Below, piece after piece: positions 45,315-60,780 of a stretch of DNA of 64,000 nt (positions within the stretch are counted from its first letter, which is position 1; each line of letters opens with the position of its first letter). This stretch comes from the human T2T-CHM13v2.0 reference genome, Homo sapiens: NCBI RefSeq assembly GCF_009914755.1, contig NC_060925.1. One strand, written 5' to 3'. The notes under the pieces are model-generated. The model was not told where the DNA came from. It ran no database searches and worked only from the letters and a program-made list of their open reading frames with translations. Both the position numbers and the translations under genes were made by a program.

Positions 45315-46176
45315 CCCTAAATTATTTTTATTGATCCTAATTACCTACATTTGGAACCTCTTTAGTTTGGCTTTATTAAGTTTAAAAAAGAGGATAGTTG
45401 TTTCTGCTGTAATATAATACATGTGTCCAGAGAAACCTGATTCTGCAGAAACCTAAACTGCTAATAACATAGCTTATATGGGAAAAAATAAAATAAGGGA
45501 CTGGCCACTCAGAATGGATACAGTTGGGTAATCGGATGACTAACAATCCTAATAAAAATTACAGCACAGTTAAAAGAGATGTTAAATTCCTAGTTAATAG
45601 AAGCTGAACAGATTGTGCTGTGTTCTGACCATAGGACACAGTGGAACTATTGCTGCTGTTAATCTGGACTCTGTCCTATGAATACTTTCTGGAAGTGTAA
45701 GGAATTGCATTTTAAAATGTTGTTAAAATGAGTAAAGGAAGTCTCAGTTAACAATATTAAAAAATCATGTGGATAATAGGCACTTAAATAGTGGAAGAAT
45801 GCACAGAGAAAAATGTCTTCCTGTGTTATCCCATTCTTACGATAGGTCCCATCTTTCAGACTGAAAAGCCTGCATTCTCCTGTTTTATTCTTTGGAGATC
45901 TCTTACACTGAAGATGTTTAAGCAGAATCTTACTTCCTTCAAGGAACTTCAGAAAGTTGATGATTACAATTCTAATGGAGTTACTTTTTCTTCAGTGGAT
46001 AATGTTTCTGAAATTATACCAGCAGGATCTAATACAAAAGCCAGGGGTTTATTTAAAAAAAAAAAACAACACACAAACAAAAAGAAGAAGAAAAAGAGAT
46101 TGTGATCTTGAGAAAGTATTTCTTATGAAGTCAGCTGATAAGCTGTATTTTAGAATGGTGGTTTATTTGTTTTTAA

Positions 46177-46539
<363 letters not shown>

Positions 46540-46569
46540 TAACCTGTTGAACACTGGAATTCTTCATCG

Positions 46570-46850
46570 CATAGTAATAATACCTAACACTTCTATAGCA
46601 CCTTATACATAGCAGGTACTCAGTGTTTGTTACATTTAACCATATAGTACTTTATAGTTTTCAAAATGCTCTCATATGCATCATCTCTGTCCTGTGAGGT
46701 TAGTAGAACTGCCATTATTTGATTTTATGAATGAGCTCCTGGGGCTCTGAGGGTTAAGTGGCTTGTCCGACGTTACATGGCTGGGCAGTTATCAAGTCAG
46801 GAGAGAATGCTGAGTATCTGCCTCTCAATCCAGGACAATTTCTACTATAT
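46570..46850 (-). mobile_element. MIR remnant
   Basis: cctgtgaggttagt...ttttatgaatgag...gaggttaagtggcttgtcc core. Confidence 0.6.
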
Positions 46851-46904
46851 CAGGAAGAGCAGCCCTGTGTGTCTTCATTTTTCCCATATATTTTACATAG
46901 TGCT

Positions 46905-47205
46905 ATTTTATTTATTTTTATTTTATTTATTTTTTTGAGATAGGGTGTCACTTGGTCACCCAGGCTAGAGTGCAGTGATGTGATCAGAACTCACTACAGC
47001 CTCTACTTCCTGAGGTCAAGTGATCCTCCCAACTCAGCCTCCTGAAAAGCTGGCCACAGGTATATGCCACCACACCCTGCTAAATTTTTGTAGAGACAGG
47101 GTTTCGACATGTTGCCAGCCTGGTCTTGAACTCCTGGGCTCGAGCAGTCTGTCCACCTTGGCATCCCAAAGTGCTGGGAACAAGCATGAGCCGCTGTGCC
47201 TGGCC
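46905..47205 (-). mobile_element. AluJ
   Basis: Diverged antisense dimer; TSD AGT(G/C)CTATTTTA. Confidence 0.9.
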
Positions 47206-47459
47206 GAAGTCCTATTTTAAATGAACTTATTACCTGATACTTTTTATCAGAATGCTTGTCATCTTGCAAACTGTGACACTGAAAGTATCATTTTGTTGTT
47301 GTTGTCGTTATTCTCTTATAGCGTTAGAATTTTTTGTTTTCTCCTTTGATATTCACGGGAATCTGCCGCTTGATATGAGGAGAAGGGGCTCAGTGTTTTG
47401 TTGTAAGTAGAGGCTTTGGTTCTCTAAAAATGTGTAGATGGAAAAGTGGGAGAAGGTAA

Positions 47460-47735
<276 letters not shown>

Positions 47736-49096
47736 AGAGGTACTGAAAGCATGTAGTGTTCATGCATTCAGACATGTAGCCTTCTCAAATAAGACAGATG
47801 TCATTGTAAAAGAAGTCGGTGCCCTTACATAACCCATTCTCTAGCGTCTAACTGCCTCTAGGTCACCCTCATCTTCCTCAAGGACTTTACTACATGGCCC
47901 CCAGGGGTCTTCACTTTAGTTCCTTTTGTCACCCTCTGGGACATCAACATCCATGTTTTTGTTGCTTCTAGGGTCCTATCCTCACAATTTTTCTAACACC
48001 TCCACTCCCACCCATTCTACTAGGATTGCAGACTCTAAAACTGTCTCCTACCCTTCCCAACCATTCTCCACCCTCCCTTCCCCCATGCCAGGTTTTTGCT
48101 GCCTTTCTCACCTCTTAGTCTCTTGACCTCTCATTTTCGCTACTTCTGACCTGCCTTGCCTCTTTTTTAACCACACCTGGAACCTATAGGCTGTGTTGTG
48201 CTCTTCTCTGTTAGTACCTTGACATCCATCAGCCTTTTGCCTTCCATCATACGTGCTTTGCTAAGGCTGTTTGGGTGAGTCTTGCCACCTGTCTCCTAGA
48301 GAGCCTCGCAGTGTTTCCTGAGCAGCCACCTCTGCCAGTGCACAGAACCTCAGAAGATGTCATGCTGCTCCTGTGCCTTCATAGTCACCTCCAGTGACCC
48401 TCCCATCAGAGGGCCATACCTCGATTGTTCTGTTCTGGTCGTCCCCTTTGTCTGCTCTGACTTTGCTGAGAATTGAGACCTTCACAAGTTCCTTAAGCTT
48501 CCCTCTTCACGTCAGTTCGTCTTCGGTCTTCCTCATTCTTTCCTCCTTCTCTCCTTCCTATCTCATGTTGTGCTCAGCTTCCTCTCTGGGGCTGTTTCTG
48601 ACCTGTGGGTGTTCCCCTCCCTCCAGTCACAGCCAGACTGTGGATGGCAGCCTCTGTGTTAGGAAGCAGGACCTTAGGCAGGATCCTGGAAGGCTGGGCC
48701 AGAGAGTGAGGAAAACACTGGAGCAGAGGGACACAGACCCCCGTCAGGGAGAGTTGAGGCTGCGCTTTGGTCTCTCCCTCCTCGCTGTTACATCCTCCTT
48801 GCAAGTAGCGGCTGTAAAGCTTCTCTGCCTCTCCTAACATGCCATCCTCCACTCCTGTTGCCTCAATCTCTCTTCATGCCCAGCTAATCCACCTTTTTGG
48901 GTCTTCAGACATATCGCTGCTTCATTGATCCTCTCTCCTGTATAGCAGCTCTCTCCCCTCTGCCTATGCACAGCTCTTCATTCCAGAACAGTTGATGTAA
49001 GCCTGCTTCCCCTGTTTCTTCACTGCCTTTCCTCTTTGTAAAACATACTTTCACCCAGAGTCTCTTGAACCTATGCTCCTAAAATTCACAAGGAGA

Positions 49097-49396
49097 GCAG
49101 GGCACAGTGGCTCATTTCTGTAATCCCAGCACTTTGGGAGGCCGAGTCAGGAAGATGGCTTGAGCCCAGGAGATCAAGACCAGCCTGGGCAACATAGTGA
49201 GACCCCATCTTTACAGGAAAAAAAAAAAAAACAATAGCTGGGCATGGTGGCGTACACCTGTACTCCCAACTACTCAGGAAGCTGAGGTAGGATGATTGCT
49301 TGAGCCCATGAAGTTAAGGCTGCAGTGAGCTGTGATTGTGCCACTGCACTCCAGCCTGGGTGACAGAACAAGATCCTGTCTCAAAAACAAAAAAAT
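49097..49396 (+). mobile_element. AluJ
   Basis: Dimer; TSD CACAAGGA. Confidence 0.92.
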
Positions 49397-50609
49397 ACAC
49401 AAGGAAGCCAATTCCTCCTTGTTTTCTGAGTCCTCCTCCTCCCTTAGCTCTGCTCCAGAAACCTCTGGCTTTTGGCTCCTGCTGAAACAGGCCACCCAGT
49501 CCCTTCCCATTAGATCTTTCTTCACTGACTTCTTTGCCTGTGCCAGGATTCTGTCCTCAGCCCTCTTCCTTCCCTTCACTGTGCACGTAACTGTGTACTT
49601 TCCTTCCAGGCCTCATACCTCCAGCTTCCCCTCTCTGCCAGGTCCCCTGCCTCCTACCAGGACGGTCCTGCCATTACCTCAAGTGTCCACAGGTCTGATG
49701 TGGAATTCGGTGTCACCTGCACTCTCCTGTTGAAGCAGAGTCCTTTTCTGATAACGTTTCTCTTGAAATGCTCCTCAGCTCTTTTCACCCACACCTCACC
49801 CTCTCCTGCCTAAAGGTTCTAACACCTCCAAACCAGCCTGCAACCCATACTGCTGCCATGTAAGTCTTCATGGAGCACCATTCCTGGGGGCCTTCTCAAT
49901 TTTTCCATAATTTCTGATTGCTGACATAGGAGTTTCTTGTGTCTTTCTGAAGAATGTCTTTAGTTTTCTCTGAGCATTAGTGTGGCCCTCTGTAATGTCA
50001 TCATCCTAATTCTTCTCCCCAGGCATGTTCCTACTTAAGTTCCACATCCACCACAGGTCCTCTCTTCTCCAAACTTGCCTTATGCTCTCCTTAGGTCCTG
50101 CAGTGCCCTTGTCTCCACCTAACCAGATACGGTCAGCTTTGCCTCTCCATGGAATAAGTGAAGACTTTCCAAAAACTCCAGTTTGCAGTGCTTACTTTTT
50201 CCGTTGACCTCCGAGTGCTCAGCTTAACACCTACAGCAGTCACGTGCCCAAGAACTTCTGACATTGCCCCAGGGTCAGATCTTTTGTTTCTACTTTTCAT
50301 AAGTGCATCTGCTTGTCTGACAATCAATTATAATTTATAGTTAGGAAAATAAGGTCACATATCTTGAATCACTTGAAAGCCATTACCCTGTTTTTTATTA
50401 TCTCATGTTTTATACTTATCTATGTCTGTCTGGTATTAAAATTTCATGTGTTTATGCCTCACTCTCCCAGCCTGTTCAGAAGTCTGGTGCTGGGAGAGGC
50501 ATGCCTTGGGTTCCTTTGTATCCACCTTAACTCAGGGCCTGCCCTAGTGTCTGTCAGTTTGATTTTCAGCAGAATGTGGCATTCTAAATACATCCTTTAT
50601 TTTTCACAG

Positions 50610-51210
50610 TTTTATTCTTCTTCACTATCTGTGGCATGACCAGCTGTATCTGAAAGAGAAAAGACATGAAATATAAACCAACCTCCTCATTTCTGTTGAG
50701 TAAAATGAAGCAAAGATTGGAAACACTTTCTGAAAAAGAAAGCAATGATAATAGCGGTGGATACCCACCCCCACAAATGCACCCAAGAGACAAGCCATTT
50801 ACATACAGATATTCACAGTCACACATAGAAACACCCACATGGACACAAGGAATGTTGCTGCAGAGACTGAATGACATGCAACAGGTGAAGGTTTATACGT
50901 TATACACAAGGCCAGGTAAGCGCTCATAATTCACACATAATAAAACATCTAGGTTTCATTCCTTTGACATGTTTATATCTTTTTAATTTAAATGTTGTTA
51001 CTGGCTTAAAATATTTTGTGTTCTTACAATAGAAACGCTTTTAATAAAGTCTTTCAGAATAAACCAAGTTTTTGTAAATTTTCAATTCAATAATTAAGGT
51101 AATCTTTAAAATTGGATGATCCAAAAATAAGTGATAATGAAAACCACTGAGTTATATACTTTGCAAGGGTAAATTACATCTGAATAAAGCTGTAATTAAA
51201 AACAACACCT
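50610..51210 (+). other. ARV1: ARV1 terminal non-coding exon (3' UTR)
   Basis: Acceptor cctttatttttcacag| at 50609; unique AT-rich sequence with AATAAA at 50939, 51043, 51058 and 51183; 3' end approximate. Confidence 0.8.
51043..51188 (+). terminator. ARV1: Cluster of polyadenylation signals for ARV1
   Basis: AATAAA at 51043-51048, 51058-51063 and 51183-51188 (another at 50939-50944). Confidence 0.7.
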
Positions 51211-51234
51211 CTCCCCTTTCCACTCTCCCTGTTT

Positions 51235-51700
51235 CATTCATTTGTTCTTTCACTATTATTCATGCCACAGATACTTACAGAGCACCTGCTATCTCTGTGG
51301 CAGACCCTGTGGTTACAGGGGTGAATAGGACATGATCCCCTTGAAGCTTACTGGGCAGTGCTGGATTTGGAAGTATGAGTAGAGAATCACAGTGCAGTGC
51401 AATGAAGAGGTGGGGATAGGGTGCTCGGGCAGTACAGAGTAGCAACACCTATTGCAGCATTTGAAGCTGGGAGGGCTTTGGAGAGGAAGGGGAAAGAAAA
51501 GGAACTTTCCAGTATCCCTGCTGGAGAGAACAAGAAGACATGCTGAATTAGAGGGTGGAGAGTGTGTCGGGGGGTGTGCAGGGCCTGAAAGTACATAGAC
51601 ACCTGGGCGAGGCTCGGCAGTGGGGGCTTTACAGTGACACTAGGAAGTCATGTAAATATGGGTTATGAAGAGCCTTTTGTAATTTGTCCCCAAGGACTGT
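51235..51700 (-). mobile_element. L2 3' end remnant
   Basis: ttcattcattt...tacttacagagcacctgcta...gtgaataggacatgatcccc. Confidence 0.6.
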
Positions 51701-51895
51701 GAAACCAGCACAGCTAGTTAAACAGAAGAATCCAAAGATTAGAAAAAGTTAATTGGAGTAACATCTCAAAACAGCCACAGGACGGGGAGGACCATTGACC
51801 ACCCGATGGAGCCTGTAAGTGTTAAGGGGAGAGAGAGAGAACAGGATTCAAAAGCACAACCAAAAGGAAAAGGTCAGTTAAAAACAAGTGTCAGA

Positions 51896-52194
51896 GGCCA
51901 TCCACGGTGGCTCATACCTATAAACCCAGCACTTGGGGAGGCTGAAGTGGGCAGATCACTTGAGCCCAGGAGTTTGAGACCAGCCTGGAAAACATGGCAA
52001 AATCCTGTCTCTACAAAAAAAAAAAAAAAAAGCCAGGCTTGGTGGCACACAGCTGTAGTCCAAGCTACTCAGGAGGCTGAGTTGGGAAGATCACTTGAGC
52101 CTGGGAGGCAGAGGCTATGGTAAGCCAAGATCGTGCCACTGCACTCCAGCCTGGGTGACAGAAAAAGACTCATCTCAAAAAAAAAAAAAAAAAA
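51896..52194 (+). mobile_element. AluJ
   Basis: Dimer, poly-A; TSD TGTCAGA. Confidence 0.92.
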
Positions 52195-52376
52195 TTGTCA
52201 GAAAAAGTAATAACCAAAAATGTAATACATCAATGATCATTTTGCAAATCTTTGTCTGATCTGTTAACTCAGATAAGTGAAGATAAACGCATCATCCATT
52301 TATAAATTAATAAATCTCATTTTTTTTAATCACCACAAAGGTGTTTATTAGTCACTAAAAAAAAACAAGTAGATCT

Positions 52377-55006
52377 GGAGGAAGATGGTGGATAGGAGAC
52401 AGGGCTAACATGCAGCTCCCACTTGGACAGACAGAATAGTGTGGAGACTCACCATGGACTTTTGCTCCAAGGACCACCACAGGAACATGCCAGGCAAGCC
52501 AAAAGAATTTACAAATCCTTTGAAAGAAGCAGCACACCACTGCAAATTCTGCAAGACAGGCAAAAAATTGTGAGTTCTCAATGTGTGAAAGGGGGAAAAC
52601 TTACCTCTGAACACACATCCCCACTGGAGAATCTGAAAATCCAGATCACAGAAGAAGGATTTAACCCTACCTAGAGCTGAAACATTTAGGGAGCCACAGA
52701 AAATACAAAAGTAGAAGCAACAGTGGGAAGAGCCTTATAGGCATTCCCAGTCTCCAGCTCAAGCCCAGGAAAGCTATCCCCGACTACATCTCACAGGAGC
52801 CCTCAGGGAAGGCAGACAGCAGAATTAGGGAGGGCTTAAACAGAGTGAAAGAAGCTTCCAACTGAAATTTGTAATAATTTTTACTAGGCACGAATTTTAT
52901 TGAGCAGAATCCAGTGGGTGAATGGGAACTGCTGCAGATATGAGTGCAGGAGCTGCCACCAACGATGTGGGCAGACGTGGAGGGGTAAGACCTCAAACTT
53001 GTGCTTACTTTCTTAGTGGGGAAGTTTACAGCCTGGGGCAAGGGCTGAGTGGGGCACACAGGAGTGAGACCAGCCTCACCAACTACATGGGAGCTGGGGA
53101 GGCCTCTCACTACCAGCTATCTCCCACTTCCCTGGTGAACTAGATGACACAGCAGAGGCAGCCATAATCCCTTCTGGAACGTAACCCCATTGGCCTGAGA
53201 ACCACCCCCTCATCCTGCACAATGGCAGTGGCAAGCCCTACCCAAGGAGAGTCTGAGCCTAGACCCACCTATCCCTGCCCAATGCCACCACGGTATTTCT
53301 CTACCCACCCTGATAACTGATTACAAAAGACATAAATTCTTGGGAGCTTTATGGCCTCACCCATCATCCAAGAAGCCTGAATACTTATCCTGGCCAACTT
53401 AAGACAAGCTTATAGCCCCCTTCTACTACCACAGCTGGTGTTCTCTTGAAACCACCACCTCCTGGCTAGAGGCCAACCAACTCAGGCCATTATAGCAACT
53501 CATTACAGAATAACCCTGTTCCCAGGAAGGAGAAAACAGCTAATTCCACTGTCTGCAACATCCTGGCTAACCAGAGGTCCTGAGTCTGTCCACGTGACAA
53601 CTTCACTGCTGGCATAACCAGCATTCAAGAAAGCCAGCACACTAAGCATATCTACAACCAAGGACTCTCACAGTCTATTTCACTCCCTGCCTCCTCCACC
53701 AGAGCAGGTGCTGGTATCCATGGTTTGGAGACCTGAAGATGAATCACATCATGAGACTCTTGCAGACATTCTCCAGCATCAGCCTAGAGCCTGGTGGACC
53801 CGCTGAGTGGATAGGCCCAGAAGAACAATAACAATCACTGCAGTCCAGCTCTCAGGAAGCTCCGTCCCACGGGAAAGTGGGAGTGTCCCACATCAAGGGA
53901 TGACCCCATGGCACAAAAGAATCTGAACAGCAGGCCTTGAGTTCTAGATCTTTCCACCAAAATAGTCTACCCAAATGAGAAGAAACCAGAAAAGTAATTC
54001 TGGTAATATGACAAAACAGGGTTCTATAACACTCCCAAAAGATCACACTAGCTCCCTAGCAATGGATCCAAACCAAGACGAAATCTCTGAATTGCCAGAA
54101 AAAGAATTCAGAAGGTTGATTATTAAGCTACTCAAGGATATACCAGAGAAACTTGAAAACCAACTTAAAGAAATCTAAAAAACAATACAAGATATGGATG
54201 AAAAATTCTCCAGAGAAATAAATGTCATAAGGAAAAAACAATCACAATTTCTGGAAATGAAAGACACTTAGAGAAATACAAAATGCACCGGAAAGTTTCA
54301 ACAATAGAACAAGTAGAAGAAAGAAATAAAGAGCTCAAAGACAGGGCTTTCAAATTAACTCAATCTGACAGAGACAAAGAAAAAATATTTTTTAAAAAAT
54401 GAACAAGCCTCCAAGAAATGCGAGATTATGATAAATGGCCAAACCTAAGAATAATTGGTGTTCTTGAGAAAGAAGAGAAATCTAAAAGTCTGGAAAACTT
54501 ATTTGAGGAAATAATTGAGAAAAACTTCCCTGGTGTTGCTAGAGATCTAGATATCCAAATAAAAGAAACTCAAAGAACACCTGGAAAATGCATCACAAAA
54601 AAGATCATCACCTAGGCACACAGTCATCAGGTTATCTAAAGTCAAGATGAAAGAAGAATCTTAAGAGCAGTGAGACAAAAGGATCAGGTAACCTATAAAG
54701 GAAAACCTATCAGATTAACAGTGATTTCTCAGCAGAAACCTTAAAAGCCAGAAGGGATTAGGGTCCTATATTTTAGCCCCCTGAAACAAAATGATTGTCA
54801 GCCAAGAATTTTGTATCCAGAAAAACTAAGCTTCATAAATGAAGACGAGAAAAAATCTTTTTCAGACAAACAAATGCTGAGAGAATTCACCAGTGCCAAA
54901 CCAGCACTACAACAAATGCTAAAAGGAGTTCTAAATCTTGAAACAAAACCTTGAAATACACCAAAATAGAACCTTCTTAAAACATAAATCTCACAGGGCC
55001 TACAAA

Positions 55007-55040
<34 letters not shown>

Positions 55041-58000
55041 ACGCAATGGGGGAAAAAGGTATTTAGGCAACAACTAGCATAATGAATAGAAAAGTGCCTC
55101 ACATCTTAATACTAATATTGAATGTAAATGGCCTAAATGCTACACTTAAAAGATACAGAATGGCAGAATGGATAAAAATCCACCAACCAAGTATCTGCTG
55201 TCTTCAAGAGACCCACCTAACACATAAAGACTCATAAACTTAAGGCAAAGGGGTGGAAAAATACATTCCATCCAACTGGAAACCAAAAGCAAGCATGAGT
55301 AGCTATTCTTACATCAGACAAAAGAGACTTTAAAACAACAAAAAAAGAGAGAAAGTGGGCATTGTATAATAATAAAAGGATCAGTCCAACAGGAAAATAT
55401 CACAATCCTAAATATATATGCACTTAACATTGGAGCTCCCAAATTCATAAAACAATTACTACTAGACTTAAGAAATGAGATGGCAACACAATAATAGTAG
55501 GGGAATTCAATACTCCACTGACAGACAGCACTAAACAGGTCATCAAGACAGAAAGTCAACAAAGAAACAATGGACTTAAACTATCCCCTAGAACAAATGG
55601 ACATAGCAGATATTTACAGAACATTCTACCCAGCAACTGCAGAATATACATTCTTTTCCTCAGCACATGGAACACTGTCCAAGATAGACCATGATAGGTG
55701 ACAAAACAAGTCTCAATACATTTAAGAAAATCAAAATTATATCTAATATCCTCTCAGATCACAGTGGAATAAAACTGGAAATTAACTCCAAAAGGAACCC
55801 TCGAAACTACACAAATACATGGAAATTAAATAACCTGCTCTTAATGATCTTGAGGTCAACAACAAAATCAAGATGGAAATTTAAAAAGTTATTTGATCTG
55901 AACAATAATAGTGACATAAACTATTAAAACCTCTGGGATATAGCAAAAGCAATGCTAAGAGGAAAGTTCATAGCATTAAATGTCTACATCGAAAAGTCTG
56001 AAAGAGCACAAATAGACAATCTAAGGTCACACCTCAAGGAACTAGAGAAACAAGAACAAACCAAACCCAAACTTAGCAGAAGAAAAGAAATAACAAATAT
56101 CAGAGCAGAACTAAATGAAATTTAAACAAAAATATACAAAAGATAAATGAAACAAAAAAGCTGGTCTTTGAAAAGATAAACAAAATTAATAGATTATTAG
56201 TGAGATTAACCAAGAAGAGAGAAGATCCAAATAAGGTCAATTAGAAACAAAACAGGAGATATTACAACTTATCATACAGAAATACAAAAGAACGTCCATG
56301 GTTACTATGAACACCTTTACATGCACAAACTAGAAAACCTTGAGGAGATGGATAAATTTCTAGAAATATACAACCCTTCTAGATTAAATCAGGAAGAAAT
56401 AGAATCTCTGAACAGATCAATTAAAAGTAGCGACATTGAAACAGAAATAAATCCCAACAAAAAAAGTCCAGAGCCAGATGGATTCACAGCTGAATTCTAT
56501 CAGACATTCAAAGAAGAACTGGTACTAATCTTACTGAAATGATTCCAAAAGATAGAGAAAGAAGGAATCCTCCCTAAATCATTCTATGAAACCAGTATCA
56601 CCCTAATACCAAAACCAGGAAAGGACAAACAAAAAAAAAAGAAAACTACAGATCAATGTCCTTAATGAACATAGATGCAAAAATCCTCAACAAAATACTA
56701 GCTAACCAAATCCAACAGCATATCAGAAAGATAATCCACCATGGTCAAGTGGGTTTCAGGGATGCAGGGATGGTTTAACGTATGCAAGTCAATAAATAAA
56801 TGTAATACATCACATAATCAGAATTAAAAACAAAAATCATATGATCATCTCAATAGACCCAGAAAAAGCATTTGACAAAATCCAGCATCCATTTATGATT
56901 AAAACCCTCAGCAAAGCTGACATAGAAGGGACATACCTCGGGGTAATAAAAGCCATCCATAACAAACCCACAGCCAACATTATACTGAACAGAGAAAAGT
57001 TGAAAGCATTCCCCCTGAGAACTGAAACAAGACAAGGATGCCCATTTTCACCACTTTTTTACAACATAGTACTGGAAGTCCTAGCCAGAGCAATCGGACA
57101 AGAGAAAAAAATAAAGAGCATCCAAATCAGTAAAGAGGAAGTTAAACTGTCTGCCTATCAACGATATGATCATATACCCAGAAAACCCTAAAGACTCATC
57201 CAAAAAGCTCCTAAATTCAATAAATGAATTCAGTGAAGTTTCAGGCTACAAAATCAATGTACACAAGTCAGTAGCACTGCTATATATGAACAACAACTAA
57301 GCTGAGAATCAAATAAAGAACTCAATCCCTTTTACAACAGCTGCAAAAAATAAAATACTTAGGAATACACCTAACCAAGGAGGTGAAAGATCTCTACAAG
57401 AAAAACTACAAAACACTCCTAAAAGAAATCATCAACAGCACAAACAAATGGAAACACATTCCATGCTCATGGATGAGAGGAATCAATATTGTGAAAATGA
57501 CCATACTGCCAAAAGTGATCTACAAATTCAATGCAATTGCCATTAAAATACCATCATCATTCTTCACAGAACTAGAAAAAACAATCCTAAAACTCATATG
57601 GCACCAAAAAACAGCCTGCATAGCCAAAGTAAGCCTAAGCAAAAAATAAATCTGGAGGTATCATATTACCTGGCTTCAAACTATAGTTCAAGGCTATAGT
57701 TACCAAAACAGTATGGTACTGGTATAAAAGCAGGCATGTAGACCAATGGAACAGAATAGAAAACCCAGAAATAAAGCCAAATACTTACAGTCAATTGATC
57801 TTTGACAAAGCAAACAAAAACATAACGTAGAGAAAGACACCCTATTCAACAAATGGTGCTGGGATAATTGGCAAGACACATGTAGAAGAATGAAACTGGA
57901 TCCTCATCTCTCACCTTATAAAAAAAATTAACTCACGATGGATCAAAGACTTTAAGACCTGAAACCATAAAAATTCTAGACTATAACATTGGAAAAACTC

Positions 58001-59058
58001 TTCTAGACATTGGCTTAGTCAGAGTTAATGACCAAGAACCTAAAAGCAAATGCAACAAAAACAAAAATAAATAGATGGGACCTAATTAAACTAAAAAGTT
58101 CCTGCACCCAACGAAGGACTAATATCCAGAATCTACAAGGAACTCAAACAAATCAGAAAAAAAAAAAAACATCAAAAATGGGCAAAAGGCATGAATAGAC
58201 AATTCTCAAAAGAAGATATACTAATGGCCAACAAACATATGAAAAAAATGCTCAACATCACTATCAGGGAAATGCAAATTAAAACCACAATGAGATACCA
58301 CCTTACTCCTGCAAGAATGACCATAATTAAAAAATCAAAAAATAATAGATGTTGGCATGAATGTGGTGAAAAGAGAACACTTTTACACTGCTGGTGGGAA
58401 TGTAAACTAGTACAACCACTATGGAAAACAATATGGAAATTCCTTAAAGAACTAAAAGTAGAACAACCATTTGATCCAGCAATCCCAATACTGGGTATCT
58501 ACCCAGAGGAAAAGAAGTCATTATATGAAAAAGACACTTGCATATGCATGCTTATAGCGGCACAATTCACAATTGCAAAAATATGGAACCAGCCTAAATT
58601 CCCATCAACTAATGAGTGGATAAAGAAAATGTGATTGTATATATACGTAATTATATATATATATTCTACAAGAAAATGTGATATACAATGAAATACTACT
58701 CAGCCATATAAAGAAATGAAATAATGGCATTTGCAGCAACCTGGATGGAGTTGGAAACCATTATTCTAAGTGAAATAACTCAGGAATGGAAAAGCAAATA
58801 TCATATGTTGTCACTTATAAGTGGGAGCTAAGCTATGAGGACACAAAGGCATAAGAATGATATAATGGACTTTGGGGACTGGGGGGAAGGGTGGGAGGGA
58901 AGTGAAGGGTAAAAGACTACACACTGGGTACAGCGTATACTGCTCGGGTGACAAGCGTGCCAAAATCTCGGGAATCACCACTAAAGAACTTATCCATGTA
59001 ACCGAAACCACGTGTTTTCCCAAAAACTATTGAAGTTAAATTATAAAATTTTAAAAAA
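52377..59058 (+). mobile_element. Near full-length, inactivated LINE-1 (L1PB-like)
   Basis: 5' UTR beginning ggaggaagatggtgga; ORF1 remnant ~53975-54955 (MRRNQKSNSGNMTKQG, PNLRIIG); ORF2 remnant ~55082-58820 (endonuclease [20 protein letters not shown] / RQGCP); L1PB-type 3' UTR; many stops and frameshifts. Confidence 0.95.
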
Positions 59059-60144
59059 GTATTAGAAGCCCTTTCCCTAATAACAGCAAGATGTCTGTGA
59101 GCAGTGTTTAGCTAAGGGCTGTGGAATGTGGTAGAGGACTGGCCTAGACCCACTAGTTGCAAAGGAAGCCCATCTGATTCATTGCTAATGTTAGACTCCA
59201 TTCAGCATATTATTTCTTACATCATTCCTTGAAGTGGGGAAAGAAAGAGTAAGACTCCAGGAAGAAGGCAGAGAGGCTGCCTTCAAATGGCCAACTAGGT
59301 AGACTGCAAGAGAAAGTAACTCATTATTCCCTCCCCACAGTCTTCCCCACACCCAAGCCTGGAGAGTTCATCTCATCTTTACACTGTGAACTCATGGCCC
59401 TAAATCTTTCCAACACTTTTAATGTAAAATTTCAAAGATACGGAAAAGTTGAAAGAATGGTACAATGAAAACACATGTCTACCATCTAAATTTTACAGTT
59501 GTTAACTTTGCCCTGACTTCATTTTAAAGCTTGTTTTAAAGATGATTCCAGAGATTAGGCAGAATTGCCCACTTGGTTACACTGGGAAGTTAGAAGGTGG
59601 TGGGGATGCTTGGTGCCTTAGAATGATGTCTATATTTCCCAAACCACCCCTCCTGACCACCCCCCTATATTGAGATGCAGTCTAACAACAACAAAAATGT
59701 ATTTATATGAAAATCCACTTGAAGTAATAAAAATTAAATCACTTTTAGGTGCCCTATCTTTACTGAAAAGCACATGCACTCCAGCCATCCTAGAAAACCT
59801 GTCTTGGAATCACAATTATGTATCAGTTTTCTTCACACTATGGTTATGCTTTGACAGAGCCCACTGCTCACTGCTGAGTTTTCAACACAGCAAAGAGCCA
59901 CAGTAGAAAAAGTACTCAATTTATGAGAGCACAATATAGACTAATAAGTCACATAGAAAATAGACAAGTGGTCTTTTGTTAAAAGATTCTCTACCAGAGT
60001 GTTTGAAGCCATTTGAACCGAATTGGGAAGAAAACATCATGGTGAGCCAAAGAAAGGGTATTTTTAGATGTTTACAAGAAGACCAAAAGCATTAACCAGA
60101 AAAGTTAAAGACATTTTTAAAATCACAGTCTTAGAATGGTTAAG

Positions 60145-60780
<636 letters not shown>

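Noticed and set aside
48394-49733. 147-aa and 133-aa Ser/Leu/Pro-rich ORFs in ARV1 intron 5
   Set aside because: Pyrimidine-rich decayed L2-like and Alu sequence; low-complexity translation with no domain.
53975-58634. L1 ORF1/ORF2 fragments as an active reverse-transcriptase system
   Set aside because: Fragmented by many stops, frameshifts and a deletion; an old inactive subfamily.
52350-59065. Target-site duplication for the long L1
   Set aside because: Only a weak A-rich similarity (aaaaacaagta / aaaaaagta) at the flanks; not convincing.
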